Below are positions 63,101 to 64,000 of a stretch of DNA of 64,000 bases, one piece after another. Each line of letters begins with the position of its first letter. The first letter of the stretch is position 1. Location of the stretch: NCBI RefSeq assembly GCF_963921235.1, contig NC_086108.1, forward strand, positions 11,222,001 to 11,286,000. Reading direction: 5' to 3'. Below the pieces are notes generated by a model. That model did not search any database, was not told the origin of the DNA, and saw only the letters and a list, made by a program, of their open reading frames with translations. This stretch comes from Mobula hypostoma. Taxonomy: Eukaryota. The position numbers and the translations under genes were made by a program.

Positions 63101-64000
63101 CCAGATCACAGGGAACTCCCGACCACAGGGAATTCCAAACCAGAGGGAACTCCAGAACACAGGGAATTCCAGACCACAGGGAACTCCGTACCACAGGAAA
63201 CTCCAGACCACTGGGAATTCCAGACCACAGGGTACTCTAGACCACAGAGAAGCCCAGACCACAGGGAACTCCAGATCACTGGGACCACCAGACAATAGGG
63301 AATTCCAGACCACAGGTATCTTCAGACCACAGGAAACTCCAGACCACAGGGAACTCCAGACCACAGGGAGCTCTAGACCACAGGGAATTCCACACCACAG
63401 GGAACTCCTGACCACAGGGAACCGCAGACCACAGGGAACTCCAGACCACAGGGAACACCAGGCAACAAGGAACACCAGACTACAGGGCATTCCAGACCGC
63501 AGGGAACTCCAGACCACAGGGAGTTCCAGACCACAGCGAACTCCAGACCACTGGGATCTCCAGACCATAGGGAATTCCAGACCACATTGAACCCCAGACC
63601 ACAAGGAACTCCAGAACACAGCGAATTCCAGACCATAGGGAATTCCAGACCACAGGGAACTCCAGACCACAGAGAACTCTTGACCACAGGGAATTCCAAA
63701 CCAGAGGGAACTCCAGAACACAGAGAATTCCAGACCACAGGGAACTCCAGATGACTGGGACCTCCAGCCTTCAGGGAATTCCAGATGGCAGGGACCTCCA
63801 GACCACAGGGTATTCCAGACCACAGGGAACTCCAGACCACAGGGAGTTCCAGACCACAGCGAACTCCAGACCACTGGGATCTCCAGACCATAGGGAATTC
63901 CAGACCACATTGAACCCCAGACCACAAGGAACTCCAGAACACAGCGAATTCCAGACCATAGGGAATTCCAGACCACAGGGAACTCCAGACCACAGAGAAC
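57145..64000 (+). repeat. 17-bp satellite (gggaactccagaccaca / gggaattccagaccaca) with higher-order repeats; runs off the window end
   Basis: direct reading; identical variant blocks recur at offsets 814, ~1950 and 1560 bp (ORFs at 57882, 58696, 60646, 62206). Confidence 0.97.

Noticed and set aside
57143..63993. Long minus-strand ORFs (up to 631 aa)
   Set aside because: They are translations of a 17-bp satellite that has few stop codons on that strand.

Overview
Eukaryotic, repeat-saturated non-genic DNA. The CR1, V-SINE/HE1, Penelope and Rex-like repeat mix suggests a cartilaginous fish, probably a ray (inference). I found no intact host protein-coding gene. The main elements are: a full-length but decayed Tx1 (L1-clade) LINE at ~5.5-13.2 kb with a 1.9-kb minisatellite expanded inside ORF1; near-full-length CR1 LINEs at 20.5-23.8 kb (-) and 28.4-31.3 kb (+) plus many CR1 3' ends; a complete Gypsy LTR element at 49230-54498 with a 5-bp TSD; Penelope GIY-YIG fragments and fold-back derivatives carrying minimal hammerhead motifs; a hAT-type MITE; SINEs; several TE-seeded minisatellites; and a 17-bp satellite with higher-order structure from ~57.1 kb to the window end. 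The most unusual object is a 542-bp TSD-flanked retro-insertion at 35584-36125 (-). It consists of a long G-U-rich RNA hairpin, a structured middle, a circularly permuted piece of what looks like ZFTRAF1/CYHR1 exon 1, and an RTE-type 3' tail. Also notable are a Gypsy PBS complementary to its own LTR (self-priming candidate) and a Tx1 inserted into a 33-bp repeat motif (target-specificity candidate). Family and gene assignments come from motif recognition, not database searches. Boundaries without a TSD are approximate.
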